Positions 29,688-40,062 of a stretch of DNA of 64,000 bases are shown in pieces. The position numbers and the translations under genes are program-made. The notes beneath the pieces are model-generated. The model did no database searches, was not told where the DNA came from, and worked only from the letters and a program-made list of their open reading frames with translations. Origin of the DNA: Nanobdellota archaeon (GTDB lineage: Archaea > Nanobdellota > Nanobdellia > Pacearchaeales > GW2011-AR1); contig JBBSXB010000005.1 in assembly GCA_038046005.1 (NCBI GenBank), forward strand, positions 1 through 64,000. Reading direction: 5' to 3'. The number at the start of each line of letters is the position of its first letter. The stretch's first letter is position 1.

Positions 29688-29884
29688 GTCTATTCTAGAA
29701 ATGGTTGATTTTTAAAACTTGGGAAACGATTAGGGTTTATTGCAATAATCTTTAAATATAGAGATTTCATGATAATATCCTGCATCAGTGTAGGAGAAAT
29801 CCGAACAACGAGGCGTAGGGTTTTAACATTAACTAGAGTCTTCGAACGCCTACAATCTTACGAAGAGACTGACATCGGAGCATT

Positions 29885-30157
29885 TTGTGTTTTTCAAAAC
29901 CACAAACTATTTATTCTTGTAGTCCTTGTTATACTATGGGGCAAGACATACAAAGCAAGATTGATGAAGAAACTCTTCGTGAGCTGAAAGAGAAATTAGT
30001 TCTCTTTGGGGGTGTTGGGGATCATATTATTTTTTCTTATTTTAGCCAGAAAGATGCTATTCAAACTGTTCAAGAACTTAATGCTGAAGTAGGTTACATC
30101 AGGACCATTTACGTCAAAATCCAAAATTTTATTGAGGAGAAAAAGAGGGCTTGTTAA
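29885..30157 (+). CDS. Hypothetical protein (start uncertain)
   Basis: ORF fills an intergenic gap; no motif recognised. Confidence 0.35.
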   Translation: MCFSKPQTIYSCSPCYTMGQDIQSKIDEETLRELKEKLVLFGGVGDHIIFSYFSQKDAIQTVQELNAEVGYIRTIYVKIQNFIEEKKRAC

Positions 30158-30158
30158 T

Positions 30159-30494
30159 TCAACACCTAGTTATATTTCTTAAAATTTCAATGCTTTGAAC
30201 TCCTTCATATTTTTGTCCGTTTACCAACCAAGTAGGTGTTCCTTGGATATCAGCACATTTATCCCTTTCATAGAAACAATCGATTTTGTTTAGATAGACA
30301 GAGTTATTTCCAAACATATCCTCTTGTACTTTACAGTGAGAGCATCCAAGCTGGACGTACAAAATAGAATTCTCTCCTATACACTTTGCAACCTCTTCTG
30401 TTGTTACGGGAGTTGAAGGTCTTGTCATTATGAATATTCCAAATCCGACAACCACAAGAATTCCTGCGAGAGCTATCCAGTGTATTTCTTTCAT
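30159..30494 (-). CDS. Membrane-anchored thioredoxin-like protein
   Basis: TM helix, CSHC, GTPTW. Confidence 0.8.
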   Translation of the reverse strand: MKEIHWIALAGILVVVGFGIFIMTRPSTPVTTEEVAKCIGENSILYVQLGCSHCKVQEDMFGNNSVYLNKIDCFYERDKCADIQGTPTWLVNGQKYEGVQSIEILRNITRC

Positions 30495-30529
30495 AATATT
30501 ATAAACTAAGAGATTTTTTAAAAGTTTTC

Positions 30530-30931
30530 TTATTGAACAATCACTGTGGCTTTCATTGAAGTATGGAAAGCGCAATGATATTTGTATGTTCCGGCTGTGT
30601 TGAACGTGTGGGAATACACTCCACCATTGCTTATAGTTCCAGAGTTAAGTTCGCTTCCAGAGTCAGATGTTACTGTGTGCGGTGCAGAATCCACATTTGT
30701 CTAATTTATGCTGTCACCTTTTTTTATTGTGATTGTTAATGGGGAGAAAGCAAAATTTTGTATTTTTAAATGTAAAGTGGATGGGCCCTGAAATATTTTA
30801 TTTATTTCGTTTTGTGTGGCACTTGTTACTGGGTTAATTTTTTCTCCTTTCTTGAAAGTTGAATTAAAAACTAAAAAAGAGACAACTATCAGCACTAGCA
30901 TTATTCCAGAAATTATGAGTCCTTTTTTCAT
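30530..30931 (-). pseudogene. Plastocyanin/amicyanin-like cupredoxin interrupted by an in-frame TAG
   Basis: FAFSP...KGDSIN*TNVDSAPHTVT...GTYKYHCAFHTSMKATVIVQ; the stop at 30701-30703 sits at the conserved Trp position. Confidence 0.85.
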
Positions 30932-30981
30932 AAGTTGTTGAGGAGTATAGAATTTTTAAACTTTCAGAATTATAATAATTT

Positions 30982-31236
30982 CTGGAAAAAATTCTTCATT
31001 TAACTCTTAAGAAGAAATGGTTTGATCTTATTTTATTTGGGAAAAAGAAAATTGAGTACAGAGATATAAAGCCTTATTGGACTAAAAGGTTTTTTGAGAA
31101 TGGAGAGGCAAAGAAATTTGATTTTATAATTTTTAAAAATGGCTATGCTAAAAACTCACCAAAAATAAAAGTTGAGTTTTTAGGAATTATAAAAAATAAA
31201 ATGTATGAGATTATTCTGGGAAGAGTTGTTGGATAA
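30982..31236 (+). CDS. ASCH domain protein (CTG start or lost ATG; not in ORF track)
   Basis: LEKILHLTLKKKWFDLILFGKKKIEYRDIKPYW...FKNGY; GxKxxExR motif. Confidence 0.75.
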   Translation: MEKILHLTLKKKWFDLILFGKKKIEYRDIKPYWTKRFFENGEAKKFDFIIFKNGYAKNSPKIKVEFLGIIKNKMYEIILGRVVG

Positions 31237-31251
31237 AGAAATGAAATTTTA

Positions 31252-32859
31252 TTACATATTACCCATAATAACAGTGATATCGCTTATGTCTGTTCTGTTG
31301 TCATTGTTAACATCTAAATGTTTGTAGTTATTCCAATCAATATTCTCACTATTTCTTCCCTGCCATCTTATTACTAAGACTAAATCAATTATATTCACTT
31401 TGCCATCTGAGTTTACGTCTGGGGAGTTTGGGGCAACTCCAGAAACATATTCATACCTTCCAATATCTGGTGCTGAACCACTCCAGTGTCTGCAATCTGT
31501 TAAATTACTTCCACCATTGCTGTCTGATAATGCACAGTGGAAACCAGGAATGAATGTTCCGTTGTCTATAACAGGGCTGTTGTTTGCTAGCCTTAAAAAA
31601 TTTGGATTTGCTGGATCTGTCGAGATGAAAAGAGGATTTTCCTCAATGCTGCCGTCTCCGTTTGCAGGGTTGCCTCCAGCACCATCCCAATATGAACGCC
31701 AACCAATAAGTGTGTAAAGTACACCATTCCAGCAAAAATGCCTGTTGTCTGTAGGATGATACAGCAAGTTATTTCCTTCAAAAAAGTTGGTTGCAGTACC
31801 ACTTTCTCTGTTAGTTAATTCCCCTCCTTCACTGCCGGCGCTGCAAAGTCCTCTATTACCATAATAAAGAATGTTGTTGTAAACTTTAGATCCATTCGTA
31901 ACAACCTGATAAAAAGTATGGTGAAGGCCATCACCTAAGACAATATTATTGAAATATCTTATATTTTGGCCAGGGAGGTAAGTAGTTGATGAAGACTGTC
32001 TGCTGCCTAAAGCATTCTCGCTAAAACTATAGATGACATTATCAAAAATGTCTATATTAATAGGTTGGGCAAAATGATATATTCCCTCACCAACATCATG
32101 AATAGTATTATTGTAAATTTTCAAGTTGGAGTCATGGCTTTTAAGCCAAATACCTCCGTGTTCATTGTAAATATGATTGTTTCTTATTATTGAATTGTTC
32201 AGACCATAAAACTCGATTCCTGCTCCTGTCCCAGAAAAACAAGTTGGATCTTTGTTATCATGGATTTTATTATTTTCTATGAGGACATTATTGAACATGC
32301 CGTAATCTACTCCTCCAAAAATTCCTCCAAGTATTCCTCCATTGTTGTTGCCCCCTGTTGAGCCTGCAACATTGTGGATATGTGAATTTCTGATTGTGAT
32401 ATCACTTGATCCTGTTGCTGCGAGTGTGATGCCCCTATAGCCATTACTTACATCTAAAGAGTCAAGTGTTATGTATGAGGCTCCAATCACAACAGCGTAA
32501 GTCAATGAATTTCCAGTAATGTTTGGCATGGGATCGCTAGGATATTTTGTGTAAGTAATTGGGTTGCCTGGAGAGCCTCCCCTATTAATGTTTAAAGTCC
32601 CTCTATCCCCAGATCCGAGAGGAATTCCAGACAATTCGAAGTATGTTCCACTTCTAATATAAACAGTATCCCCCGGCATTGTTACGCTTTCCCCTTTATG
32701 AATAGTGCAAAAGGGAGATGATGCAGAAGTTCCAGCATTAGAATCACTACACACCCCACCAATAGAATCTTTGTCAACATAATAATTTGCAGCGCTAACA
32801 ATGCCAATTAAAACAAAAAGTAATATTATTGCAAAAAATACCTTCTCTTTTTTTATCAT
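31252..32859 (-). CDS. Secreted right-handed beta-helix protein with C-terminal dockerin-like domain
   Basis: Signal peptide, YYVD...PFCTI...PGDTVYIRSGTY, N-rich PbH1 repeats, APDIGRYE, paired DVNxDG motifs. Confidence 0.82.
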   Translation of the reverse strand: MIKKEKVFFAIILLFVLIGIVSAANYYVDKDSIGGVCSDSNAGTSASSPFCTIHKGESVTMPGDTVYIRSGTYFELSGIPLGSGDRGTLNINRGGSPGNPITYTKYPSDPMPNITGNSLTYAVVIGASYITLDSLDVSNGYRGITLAATGSSDITIRNSHIHNVAGSTGGNNNGGILGGIFGGVDYGMFNNVLIENNKIHDNKDPTCFSGTGAGIEFYGLNNSIIRNNHIYNEHGGIWLKSHDSNLKIYNNTIHDVGEGIYHFAQPINIDIFDNVIYSFSENALGSRQSSSTTYLPGQNIRYFNNIVLGDGLHHTFYQVVTNGSKVYNNILYYGNRGLCSAGSEGGELTNRESGTATNFFEGNNLLYHPTDNRHFCWNGVLYTLIGWRSYWDGAGGNPANGDGSIEENPLFISTDPANPNFLRLANNSPVIDNGTFIPGFHCALSDSNGGSNLTDCRHWSGSAPDIGRYEYVSGVAPNSPDVNSDGKVNIIDLVLVIRWQGRNSENIDWNNYKHLDVNNDNRTDISDITVIMGNM

Positions 32860-32904
32860 ACAAAATATAATAAATCTTGGTTAATAAATATTTTTGTTAT
32901 AGAA

Positions 32905-33207
32905 TTAATAATCAGGCAGCTCTTCTTCGTTCTTGAGAGTTTTTTGAGGCTTGCCTTTTGGCTTGTATTCGCCCTTAACACTTTCTGCAGGTGCTTCAAG
33001 TTCGCTTAAAGGAACAGAGTTTATCATCTCTCTGAATTTTACAAAATGCTCTGCGGGAACTCTTGTGCCTGCTTTTGTGAATCCTGTATATTTTTCAGAT
33101 GTAACGAACTCTCTTATAGTTACTCCCTTTCTTCCTCCAAAGTCATCTATTCTTACAAGAATATCTGTCGTTGCGTTTTTTTGGATTTTTCCTATGTCTT
33201 TGTCCAT
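32905..33207 (-). CDS. PC4/YdbC-like ssDNA-binding protein
   Basis: IREF...GFTKAG pattern. Confidence 0.7.
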   Translation of the reverse strand: MDKDIGKIQKNATTDILVRIDDFGGRKGVTIREFVTSEKYTGFTKAGTRVPAEHFVKFREMINSVPLSELEAPAESVKGEYKPKGKPQKTLKNEEELPDY

Positions 33208-33289
33208 TGATAATTGAGAAATGCTTTATTTTTAAATTGTTCTATTCAACTGCATATATGTTTTTATATTGGCTTTTGTGGATTAGCAA

Positions 33290-34147
33290 ATGGAAACAGG
33301 AAGGGTTACTTCTCCAGGGGCTGAAGAAGATTTAGGGAAGGAATTTAGAGTTTTAGACAGAGGATTTGTTAGGCTTGTTAATTATATGGGTGATGACTCT
33401 TCTATTGTACAGGCCGCTAGAGTTTCTTATGGTGCGGGAACCAAAAAAGCTCATGAAGATAGAGGTTTGATAAGATATTTGATGAGACACAGACACACGA
33501 CTCCGTTTGAAATGGTTGAGTTTCAGTGGCATGTTAAACTTCCTATTTTTGTTGCAAGGCAGTGGATAAGACACAGGACAGCCAATGTTAATGAATATTC
33601 AGGAAGATATTCTGTTATGAAAGAGGAATTTTATATTCCTAACGAAGATAGAGTTCAGCTACAAAGTCAGTCAAACAAACAGGGATCAGAAGGAGAGGTG
33701 TCTCCAGAATTAAGGGAGAGATTTCTTAGTGTTCTATTGGTTGATGCGCAGCTAAATTTTGATCACTATAAAGAATTTGAGCAATCAGATATTGCAAGAG
33801 AGCTGGTAAGAATTGGACTCCCACTTTCAACTTACACTGAATGGTATTGGAAAATTGACTTGCATAATTTGTTTCATTTTTTAAATTTAAGATTAGACAA
33901 ACATGCTCAGGAAGAAATTAGATTATATTCCGAGGTTATGGCTAATACTGTCAAGAAAGCTATGCCTGTTGCTTATGAGGCCTTTGAAGATTATGTTTTA
34001 AATTCAGTTAGTTTGTCTGGATTAGAAATAGAAGTTATTAAAGGTGTTTTGAATGGGAATCCATTTAATGCTGCTTTGGAAAATTCAGAGCTTTCAAAAA
34101 GAGAAAAAACCGAGTTTTTAGAAAAGTGGAGAAAATTAAGTGTATAA
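33290..34147 (+). CDS. thyX: FAD-dependent thymidylate synthase
   Basis: AARVSY, HTTPFE, RQWIRHRTANVNEYSGRY, HAQEEIR. Confidence 0.96.
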   Translation: METGRVTSPGAEEDLGKEFRVLDRGFVRLVNYMGDDSSIVQAARVSYGAGTKKAHEDRGLIRYLMRHRHTTPFEMVEFQWHVKLPIFVARQWIRHRTANVNEYSGRYSVMKEEFYIPNEDRVQLQSQSNKQGSEGEVSPELRERFLSVLLVDAQLNFDHYKEFEQSDIARELVRIGLPLSTYTEWYWKIDLHNLFHFLNLRLDKHAQEEIRLYSEVMANTVKKAMPVAYEAFEDYVLNSVSLSGLEIEVIKGVLNGNPFNAALENSELSKREKTEFLEKWRKLSV

Positions 34148-34741
34148 TTAAATCAAACTTGCTTTTATTATCTTGACTTCATTTACAGGCCTGTCATTTG
34201 AATCTGTTTCAACTTTTGATATTGCATCAATGACATCCATTCCTTGTATGACTTCTCCAAATGCGGGGTGTTTTGTGTCTAAGAAATTATTATTTACTGT
34301 GTTTATGAAGAATTGGCTTCCTCCTGTATTTGGACCGGAGTTTGCCATTGATATTGTTCCTCTGTTGTTTTTGTTTCCGCCTTCGTGGGTAAATTCATCT
34401 TTAATGCTGTATCCTGGACCGCCTGTTCCCCATAAATAAGATTTTGATTTGTCTTTTGTCAATGGATCTCCGGTTTGTAACATGAATCCATCAATTATTC
34501 TGTGGAATAAAACTCCGTCATAAAAACCCTGGCTCACAAGTTTTTCAAAATTTTCAGTTGTAATAGGCATGTCATCATAAAGCTGTATCACAAAATTTCC
34601 TTCTGATGTCTCAAATTTTATTTTTGTTGAATCATCCATTGTTGTTTTTCCCGTAGTGTTTCCTGTTATTTTTCCTTTTCCAAAAACAAAAAATGCAATT
34701 AACAACACTGCAACAATAACAAGTATTGCACTTATTTTCAT
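34148..34741 (-). CDS. Cyclophilin-type peptidyl-prolyl isomerase (membrane-anchored)
   Basis: FHRIIDGFMLQTGDP, SMANSGPNTGGSQFFI. Confidence 0.93.
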   Translation of the reverse strand: MKISAILVIVAVLLIAFFVFGKGKITGNTTGKTTMDDSTKIKFETSEGNFVIQLYDDMPITTENFEKLVSQGFYDGVLFHRIIDGFMLQTGDPLTKDKSKSYLWGTGGPGYSIKDEFTHEGGNKNNRGTISMANSGPNTGGSQFFINTVNNNFLDTKHPAFGEVIQGMDVIDAISKVETDSNDRPVNEVKIIKASLI

Positions 34742-34763
34742 AAGATATCTTATAAATTTATCT

Positions 34764-35024
34764 TTATAAGGATTTTGGATTTAGTTTTGATAATAAAGAA
34801 TTAACCTTATCCAGATTCTTATCCTCTGCAGCTCTTTCTAAAGAGGAGTAATAATCTTTAGATACATCAAATCTATCAAATGGGAAATCTAAGACCCCAC
34901 AGCTTTCATCATCAACCATTAAACATACTCCTTCTTGAGTCACACTTATTATCTCAATTCTCCCAACAACAGAATAGCAAGTTCCCCAAGTGCCTGTTTC
35001 ATATTTTCTTAATTCCATGAACAT
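34764..35024 (-). CDS. Hypothetical protein
   Basis: 86-aa ORF occupying an intergenic gap. Confidence 0.5.
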   Translation of the reverse strand: MFMELRKYETGTWGTCYSVVGRIEIISVTQEGVCLMVDDESCGVLDFPFDRFDVSKDYYSSLERAAEDKNLDKVNSLLSKLNPKSL

Positions 35025-35091
35025 TGAAGAAAAAAGAAGTTTAAATTAATTTATATTTAGGGTTTATAAGTTTTGGGAATTTAAATTTCAA

Positions 35092-36558
35092 TCACATATT
35101 ACCCATAACAATCTGCACGTCATTCCAATTAATTAAAGTATCATTGTTTAAATCCAAATGAGCATAATTTCCTGTTGATAGTCTTCCTTGATTAAAAATT
35201 ACAATTGACAAATCTTTGACATTGATTAATCCGTCGGAGTTTACATCGGGAGAGTTTTGCTGACTTTGTGTTTGGCCAGCATAGTATCCCATATTAACAC
35301 AAGGACTTCCGGTTGTAGGTTTTAGAAAGTCCAAACTCGAAGGATTGGTTGAAATCAATTGCGGGTCTGCAAATAATGAATTCACATCCAAATTAAATAA
35401 CTGTTGTGCTTGGGTGAACGAATATAAATTTCCGCCTGAGCCAAGATATTGCAGGAAAGTTCTCGTGCTTGGAGTATAATAGATGCAGTTGTTATCTGAA
35501 TGTATGCTTAAAATTGAAGCTTGCATTGGATCATACGGCGCATAATCTGCACAGTTAGTACCATATTTGCAGACATTATACATACCTTCAACACCAATGC
35601 ACTGGTAGAAAATATTTTCTTGTATTGTAAGATTTTTTCCCTCCCAATACAATAACGTCTGCCCGCAGGAAACAAAAGTATTGTATTCAATTGTTGAATT
35701 TTGATTATTATATGTAGCAGGATTTGCAAAATCCGCTGGTCCTCCATAAGAATCGATTGCATTTTGAGTGATGTTAAATAAGAGGTTATGATGAAAATGA
35801 GTATTCCTATTTCTTATTTTCGTGCCTTGATAGTTGTTGTAAATAGTATTATTGTAAATTTCTAAACCCCCCACTCCAGGATGTTTCTGGAAAATACCAG
35901 TAACCTGGCTGTCATGAATGATATTATTTCGAATAGTAATGTTTTGTGAATCATGGATGTAATCAGGAGAGTGAATCGTAATATCTCCACAATTGTCACC
36001 AAAAGAATCTGCATTATGGACATTGTTATTTTCTATTAGGGCATTATTGGTGTACCAAAATTGTATCTGTCCGTCAGTGCCATCACAGTTCATTGTGGTT
36101 CCATAAACTTCCAGATTGCGAACAACAATATCATTGCCATATTCTACCTTGAGTGAAGAAGCTCCAACTGTTCCAGTTTCTTGTCCATTTCTAATAACCA
36201 AATTCTCAACATTGACGAAGTTTGGAAAGCTAAGCCACATTGCAGGAAAAACATGATTACCATCTACTATTGCTGTTTCACCAGGATATCCTGTTATAAT
36301 AATATGATTCTGAGCATTCCCAGTAAGTGTATCTCTTCTTGTATTCTCAATATATGTTCCTCCTCGAATGTAAAGAACATCACCAGGAACACCAATTGCA
36401 TTTAATCCTCTTTGAACAGTTCTAAATGGAGATGCTAAAGTTCCAGGATTGGTGTCAAGCCCGGTTGTTGAAACATAATAATCTGTTGCAGAAATAAATG
36501 AGATAGTTGCAAACAAAAATAATCCTAAAATAACTAATTTTAACCTCTTATTCATCAT
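35092..36558 (-). CDS. Secreted right-handed beta-helix protein with C-terminal dockerin-like domain (paralog of 31252-32859)
   Basis: YYVST.G.D.NPGT..SPFRT, PGDVLYIRGGTY, PbH1 repeats, SPDVNSDG...HLDLNND...MGNM end. Confidence 0.82.
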   Translation of the reverse strand: MMNKRLKLVILGLFLFATISFISATDYYVSTTGLDTNPGTLASPFRTVQRGLNAIGVPGDVLYIRGGTYIENTRRDTLTGNAQNHIIITGYPGETAIVDGNHVFPAMWLSFPNFVNVENLVIRNGQETGTVGASSLKVEYGNDIVVRNLEVYGTTMNCDGTDGQIQFWYTNNALIENNNVHNADSFGDNCGDITIHSPDYIHDSQNITIRNNIIHDSQVTGIFQKHPGVGGLEIYNNTIYNNYQGTKIRNRNTHFHHNLLFNITQNAIDSYGGPADFANPATYNNQNSTIEYNTFVSCGQTLLYWEGKNLTIQENIFYQCIGVEGMYNVCKYGTNCADYAPYDPMQASILSIHSDNNCIYYTPSTRTFLQYLGSGGNLYSFTQAQQLFNLDVNSLFADPQLISTNPSSLDFLKPTTGSPCVNMGYYAGQTQSQQNSPDVNSDGLINVKDLSIVIFNQGRLSTGNYAHLDLNNDTLINWNDVQIVMGNM

Positions 36559-36611
36559 ACAAAATACAACAAATCTCTATTAATAAATATTCTCGTTGTT
36601 AATCTTGGGAA

Positions 36612-36932
36612 TTAATATTTGTAGAACTGGACACTGGCTATTCTAGTTTCTTTTCCAGCCTCATCTTCAAATTCTCCTTCTGTGTATCCATTTGCATCAG
36701 GACAATTAGACTCACGCAGTTTCCAAACCTCAAGATGTATCAAACCTTCTCCGTAGTTTCTATGTATTTTTACTGTCTTTGGTTCTCCGATTTTTTCTGG
36801 GTGGACAACTAAATTTGTTTTGGTCACTCTGAACACTTCCTCATCGTGTACGAGCTTGTTAAGATGTATCATAGATATTGCCGAAACTGAGAATATATAA
36901 ATATTATTGCAATTAATTTCACAACGCTTCAA
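36612..36932 (-). CDS. Hypothetical protein
   Basis: ORF in an intergenic gap; start uncertain. Confidence 0.5.
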   Translation of the reverse strand: MKRCEINCNNIYIFSVSAISMIHLNKLVHDEEVFRVTKTNLVVHPEKIGEPKTVKIHRNYGEGLIHLEVWKLRESNCPDANGYTEGEFEDEAGKETRIASVQFYKY

Positions 36933-37014
36933 ACCACATGCTTATATAAGCAAATAAATATCTAAAAATTGTTTGGAAAATCATTTTGTTTTTGCCTCTT
37001 GTTTTTGTTTTTAA

Positions 37015-37323
37015 TCAATCTTTCATCTCAATTTTTATGTTGATGTTTTTAGGGATTTTCATCCTCATTATGTGATGCAGAATTTTTTCATTTGCTGGAA
37101 GGTCAATAAGCCTTTTGTGGATTCTCATCTCAAATCTATCAAAAGTTGCTGTACCATTACCACACGGAGATTTTCTTGTAGTTATCTTAAGCTTCTGAGT
37201 TGGCAAAGGAACTGGTCCACTTACCATTATGCCTGATTTTTTTGCAATATCGCTGATAGATGTGCATATTTCGTTCAACATGCCTATATCTGTGCTATCA
37301 AGTTTTATTCTTACTTTACCCAT
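37015..37323 (-). CDS. rpsJ: 30S ribosomal protein uS10
   Basis: GPVPLPT, TRKSPCGNG, FEMRIHKRLID. Confidence 0.96.
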   Translation of the reverse strand: MGKVRIKLDSTDIGMLNEICTSISDIAKKSGIMVSGPVPLPTQKLKITTRKSPCGNGTATFDRFEMRIHKRLIDLPANEKILHHIMRMKIPKNINIKIEMKD

Positions 37324-37360
37324 ATCTTAAATCCTCGAAATTAGTTTAAAAACCTTTTTA

Positions 37361-40000
37361 TCAATCTGCATTTTCATTCCAGAAGTGTTTTTTGTTATTA
37401 AAGTGTTTAAGGGTGTCAAATAGCGCAAAAAATACAAATGCGGCGCTGAGAACAATAATCCAATCATTAATACCAATTGGAGCGGTTGCGAACAAGGAGC
37501 TTACTGGTGTATATATTATGACTAAAGTTGCCAGTATTGACACTGCTGAGGCATATGCCAAATATTTATTTACCAAAGGAGATCTTGTCAAAACCCCTTT
37601 TCTAAATGATCTAAAGTTAAATGCTCCTGCAACTTCCACAATTATCAAGGTTGCTAGGGCAGTTGTTCTAGCATAATCGAGGGGCTGGTGTAAAACACTA
37701 TAAGTTAGGAAAAAGACCGAAAGTGTAAGCAAGCACATTATCAATCCTGAAAAGGCTATTAACATATACAATTTACTGTTTAGCAAATTTGAGTTTTTTA
37801 GACCCCTACCTTCCATGATGTCATCAGATGAAGGGTTTAATCCAAGTGTCAATGATGGAAGATTATCCGTAACAAGATTCATGAATAAAATGTGCAATGC
37901 GAGTAGAAGCGGAATTGGCCAGCCTATTAATGGGGCGAGTAAAACTCCGAAAAAAAGAATTGCTAACTCGGCATGGTTGCAGGACAATTGGTAACTTACA
38001 AATTTTCTTATGTTATAAAAAATTGTCCTTCCTTCTTTTATTGCATCAACTATCGTTGCGAAATTATCATCTCTTAAAGTCAGATCAGCAACAGATCTTG
38101 AAACGTCTGTGCCATTTTTTCCCATTGCAACCCCAATGTGGGCTTCTTTGAGTGCAGGAGCGTCGTTGACTCCATCTCCAGTCATCGTTACGATTTCTCC
38201 ATTTTGTTTTAGAATTTTGACAATCCTCAACTTATGCTCTGGTTTGACTCTGGCAAATATTGTTATGTCTTTTATTATTTTTGCGAGATTTTCGTCGCTG
38301 ATTTCATCAATTTCCTGACCTGTAAAAACTCTCTTATATTCAAGGCCTATCTGTCTTGCGATGGATATCGCAGTTTCTTTGTTGTCTCCCGTAATCATCT
38401 TTACACTTATTCCAGCTCTTACACATATTGCAAGTGCATTTTTTATTTCTTCACGAGGAGGATCTTCCAATGCAATTATCCCAAGGAAAATTAATTCTTC
38501 TTCCATTTTTAAAAAACTATTTTTTTTGTATGCAATCCCTAGAGTTCTGTAAGTGTTTGAGGTTAGTCTATGATTGTTTTCAAGAATTCTTGCTTTTTCT
38601 TTTTCCAATAGCTTGTAAATTCCATCTTCTTTTTTTATTTGCGTGCATTTTGAAAGAATAATTTCTAAAGCCCCCTTTACATAGACTGTTTTTTCTTTTC
38701 CTTCTTTTGCGAGCACACTCATTATTTTTCTTTCAGAGCTGAATGGTATTTCTTCCTCAATGCTGAACTTCAAATCTTCTTTAAAAATTCCTGCTTTTAC
38801 AGCAGCAATCAAAAGTGCTGCTTCTGTTGAAGTGCCAATTGGCTTGAAAATCATATCATCGCCGGTTCTTGAAATTATGGCGTCATTGCAGATTGTTGAT
38901 GCTTTCAGAATTAAACTGAGATTTTCCTGTTTTGCTAAATCTACATTTTGCGAGTTGAGAGTAAATTTTCCATTTCCTTCATAACCAACGCCAGATACAT
39001 CATATTCTCTTTGTCCAGTCAAAATTTTTTTTACAGTCATTTCTCCTTTTGTTATTGTTCCAGTTTTGTCAGAACATATAACTGTTGTCTCTCCAAGTGT
39101 TTCTATTATTGAAATTCTGTTGACAATTGCATTTTTTTTCGCCATCCTGTAAGCTCCAATTGACAAAGTGGACATTAGGGCTACAGGCATCCCCTCAGGG
39201 ACAGCCGATACAGATATTGCAATAACCAAAATTAAAATTTCTATTACATTCTCTTTTGATACTGGATAAGTTTGAGCAAGAGTTATTAATCCTGTTAAAA
39301 CTGCAACAATAACTGCGACGAGTGCCATGTACTTAGATATTTTGTTTACTTTTCCTCTTAATGGGAGATCTTTTTCTGCTTTAGAGATCATGCTTGCTAT
39401 TTTCCCAAACTGAGTTGACATTCCTGTTTTTAAAACTTTGACCATACATTTTCCGCTTATTATATATGAACCCATTAAGAGGGTATTCTCATCAGAATAT
39501 TTTTCAGAGTTTTTTGCAGCGCTTTTTTTTATTTCCCTTGATTCTCCCGTTAAAACTGACTCATCAACAAGAAGGCTTTTTTCTCCCAAGATAACGCAGT
39601 CGGCAGGAATTCTTTCACCATTCCTTAATACCAAAACATCCCCTGGAACAATTTCATTAGAATAAATTTCTTTTTCTCTACCACCCCTTATTACAATTGT
39701 GGTAGGCATAATCATTTTTCTTAAAGCGTTGATTGCTTTTTCTGCTTTGTATTCCTGGATAAATCCCACAATTATTACTATTGCAATAACTGCAAGTATT
39801 ATGTAAGCTGTGACCATTTTTTCGACTATAAAAGAAATTATGAAGGCGGCTAGAAGAAGATAAATCATGAAGTTGCCCTTTATCTGCCTCAAAAGAATTT
39901 CAAAAACAGAAATTTTATTTACTTCTTCTATTTCATTCTTTCCATATTTTTCTAAAAGCGTTTTTGCCTCTTCTTCTTCCAACCCATTCTCTTTCAACAT
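37361..40000 (-). CDS. Cation-transporting P-type ATPase (type IIA, Ca2+-like)
   Basis: LTGES, VPEG, DKTGT, TGDGVNDAPALK, NLVTD; start placed at MLKENG. Confidence 0.9.
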   Translation of the reverse strand: MLKENGLEEEEAKTLLEKYGKNEIEEVNKISVFEILLRQIKGNFMIYLLLAAFIISFIVEKMVTAYIILAVIAIVIIVGFIQEYKAEKAINALRKMIMPTTIVIRGGREKEIYSNEIVPGDVLVLRNGERIPADCVILGEKSLLVDESVLTGESREIKKSAAKNSEKYSDENTLLMGSYIISGKCMVKVLKTGMSTQFGKIASMISKAEKDLPLRGKVNKISKYMALVAVIVAVLTGLITLAQTYPVSKENVIEILILVIAISVSAVPEGMPVALMSTLSIGAYRMAKKNAIVNRISIIETLGETTVICSDKTGTITKGEMTVKKILTGQREYDVSGVGYEGNGKFTLNSQNVDLAKQENLSLILKASTICNDAIISRTGDDMIFKPIGTSTEAALLIAAVKAGIFKEDLKFSIEEEIPFSSERKIMSVLAKEGKEKTVYVKGALEIILSKCTQIKKEDGIYKLLEKEKARILENNHRLTSNTYRTLGIAYKKNSFLKMEEELIFLGIIALEDPPREEIKNALAICVRAGISVKMITGDNKETAISIARQIGLEYKRVFTGQEIDEISDENLAKIIKDITIFARVKPEHKLRIVKILKQNGEIVTMTGDGVNDAPALKEAHIGVAMGKNGTDVSRSVADLTLRDDNFATIVDAIKEGRTIFYNIRKFVSYQLSCNHAELAILFFGVLLAPLIGWPIPLLLALHILFMNLVTDNLPSLTLGLNPSSDDIMEGRGLKNSNLLNSKLYMLIAFSGLIMCLLTLSVFFLTYSVLHQPLDYARTTALATLIIVEVAGAFNFRSFRKGVLTRSPLVNKYLAYASAVSILATLVIIYTPVSSLFATAPIGINDWIIVLSAAFVFFALFDTLKHFNNKKHFWNENAD

Positions 40001-40062
40001 TAGATTAATAAATATACCAAACTTATAAATTTTAGGTAAAACAAAAAGAGGCGCTGAAATCA

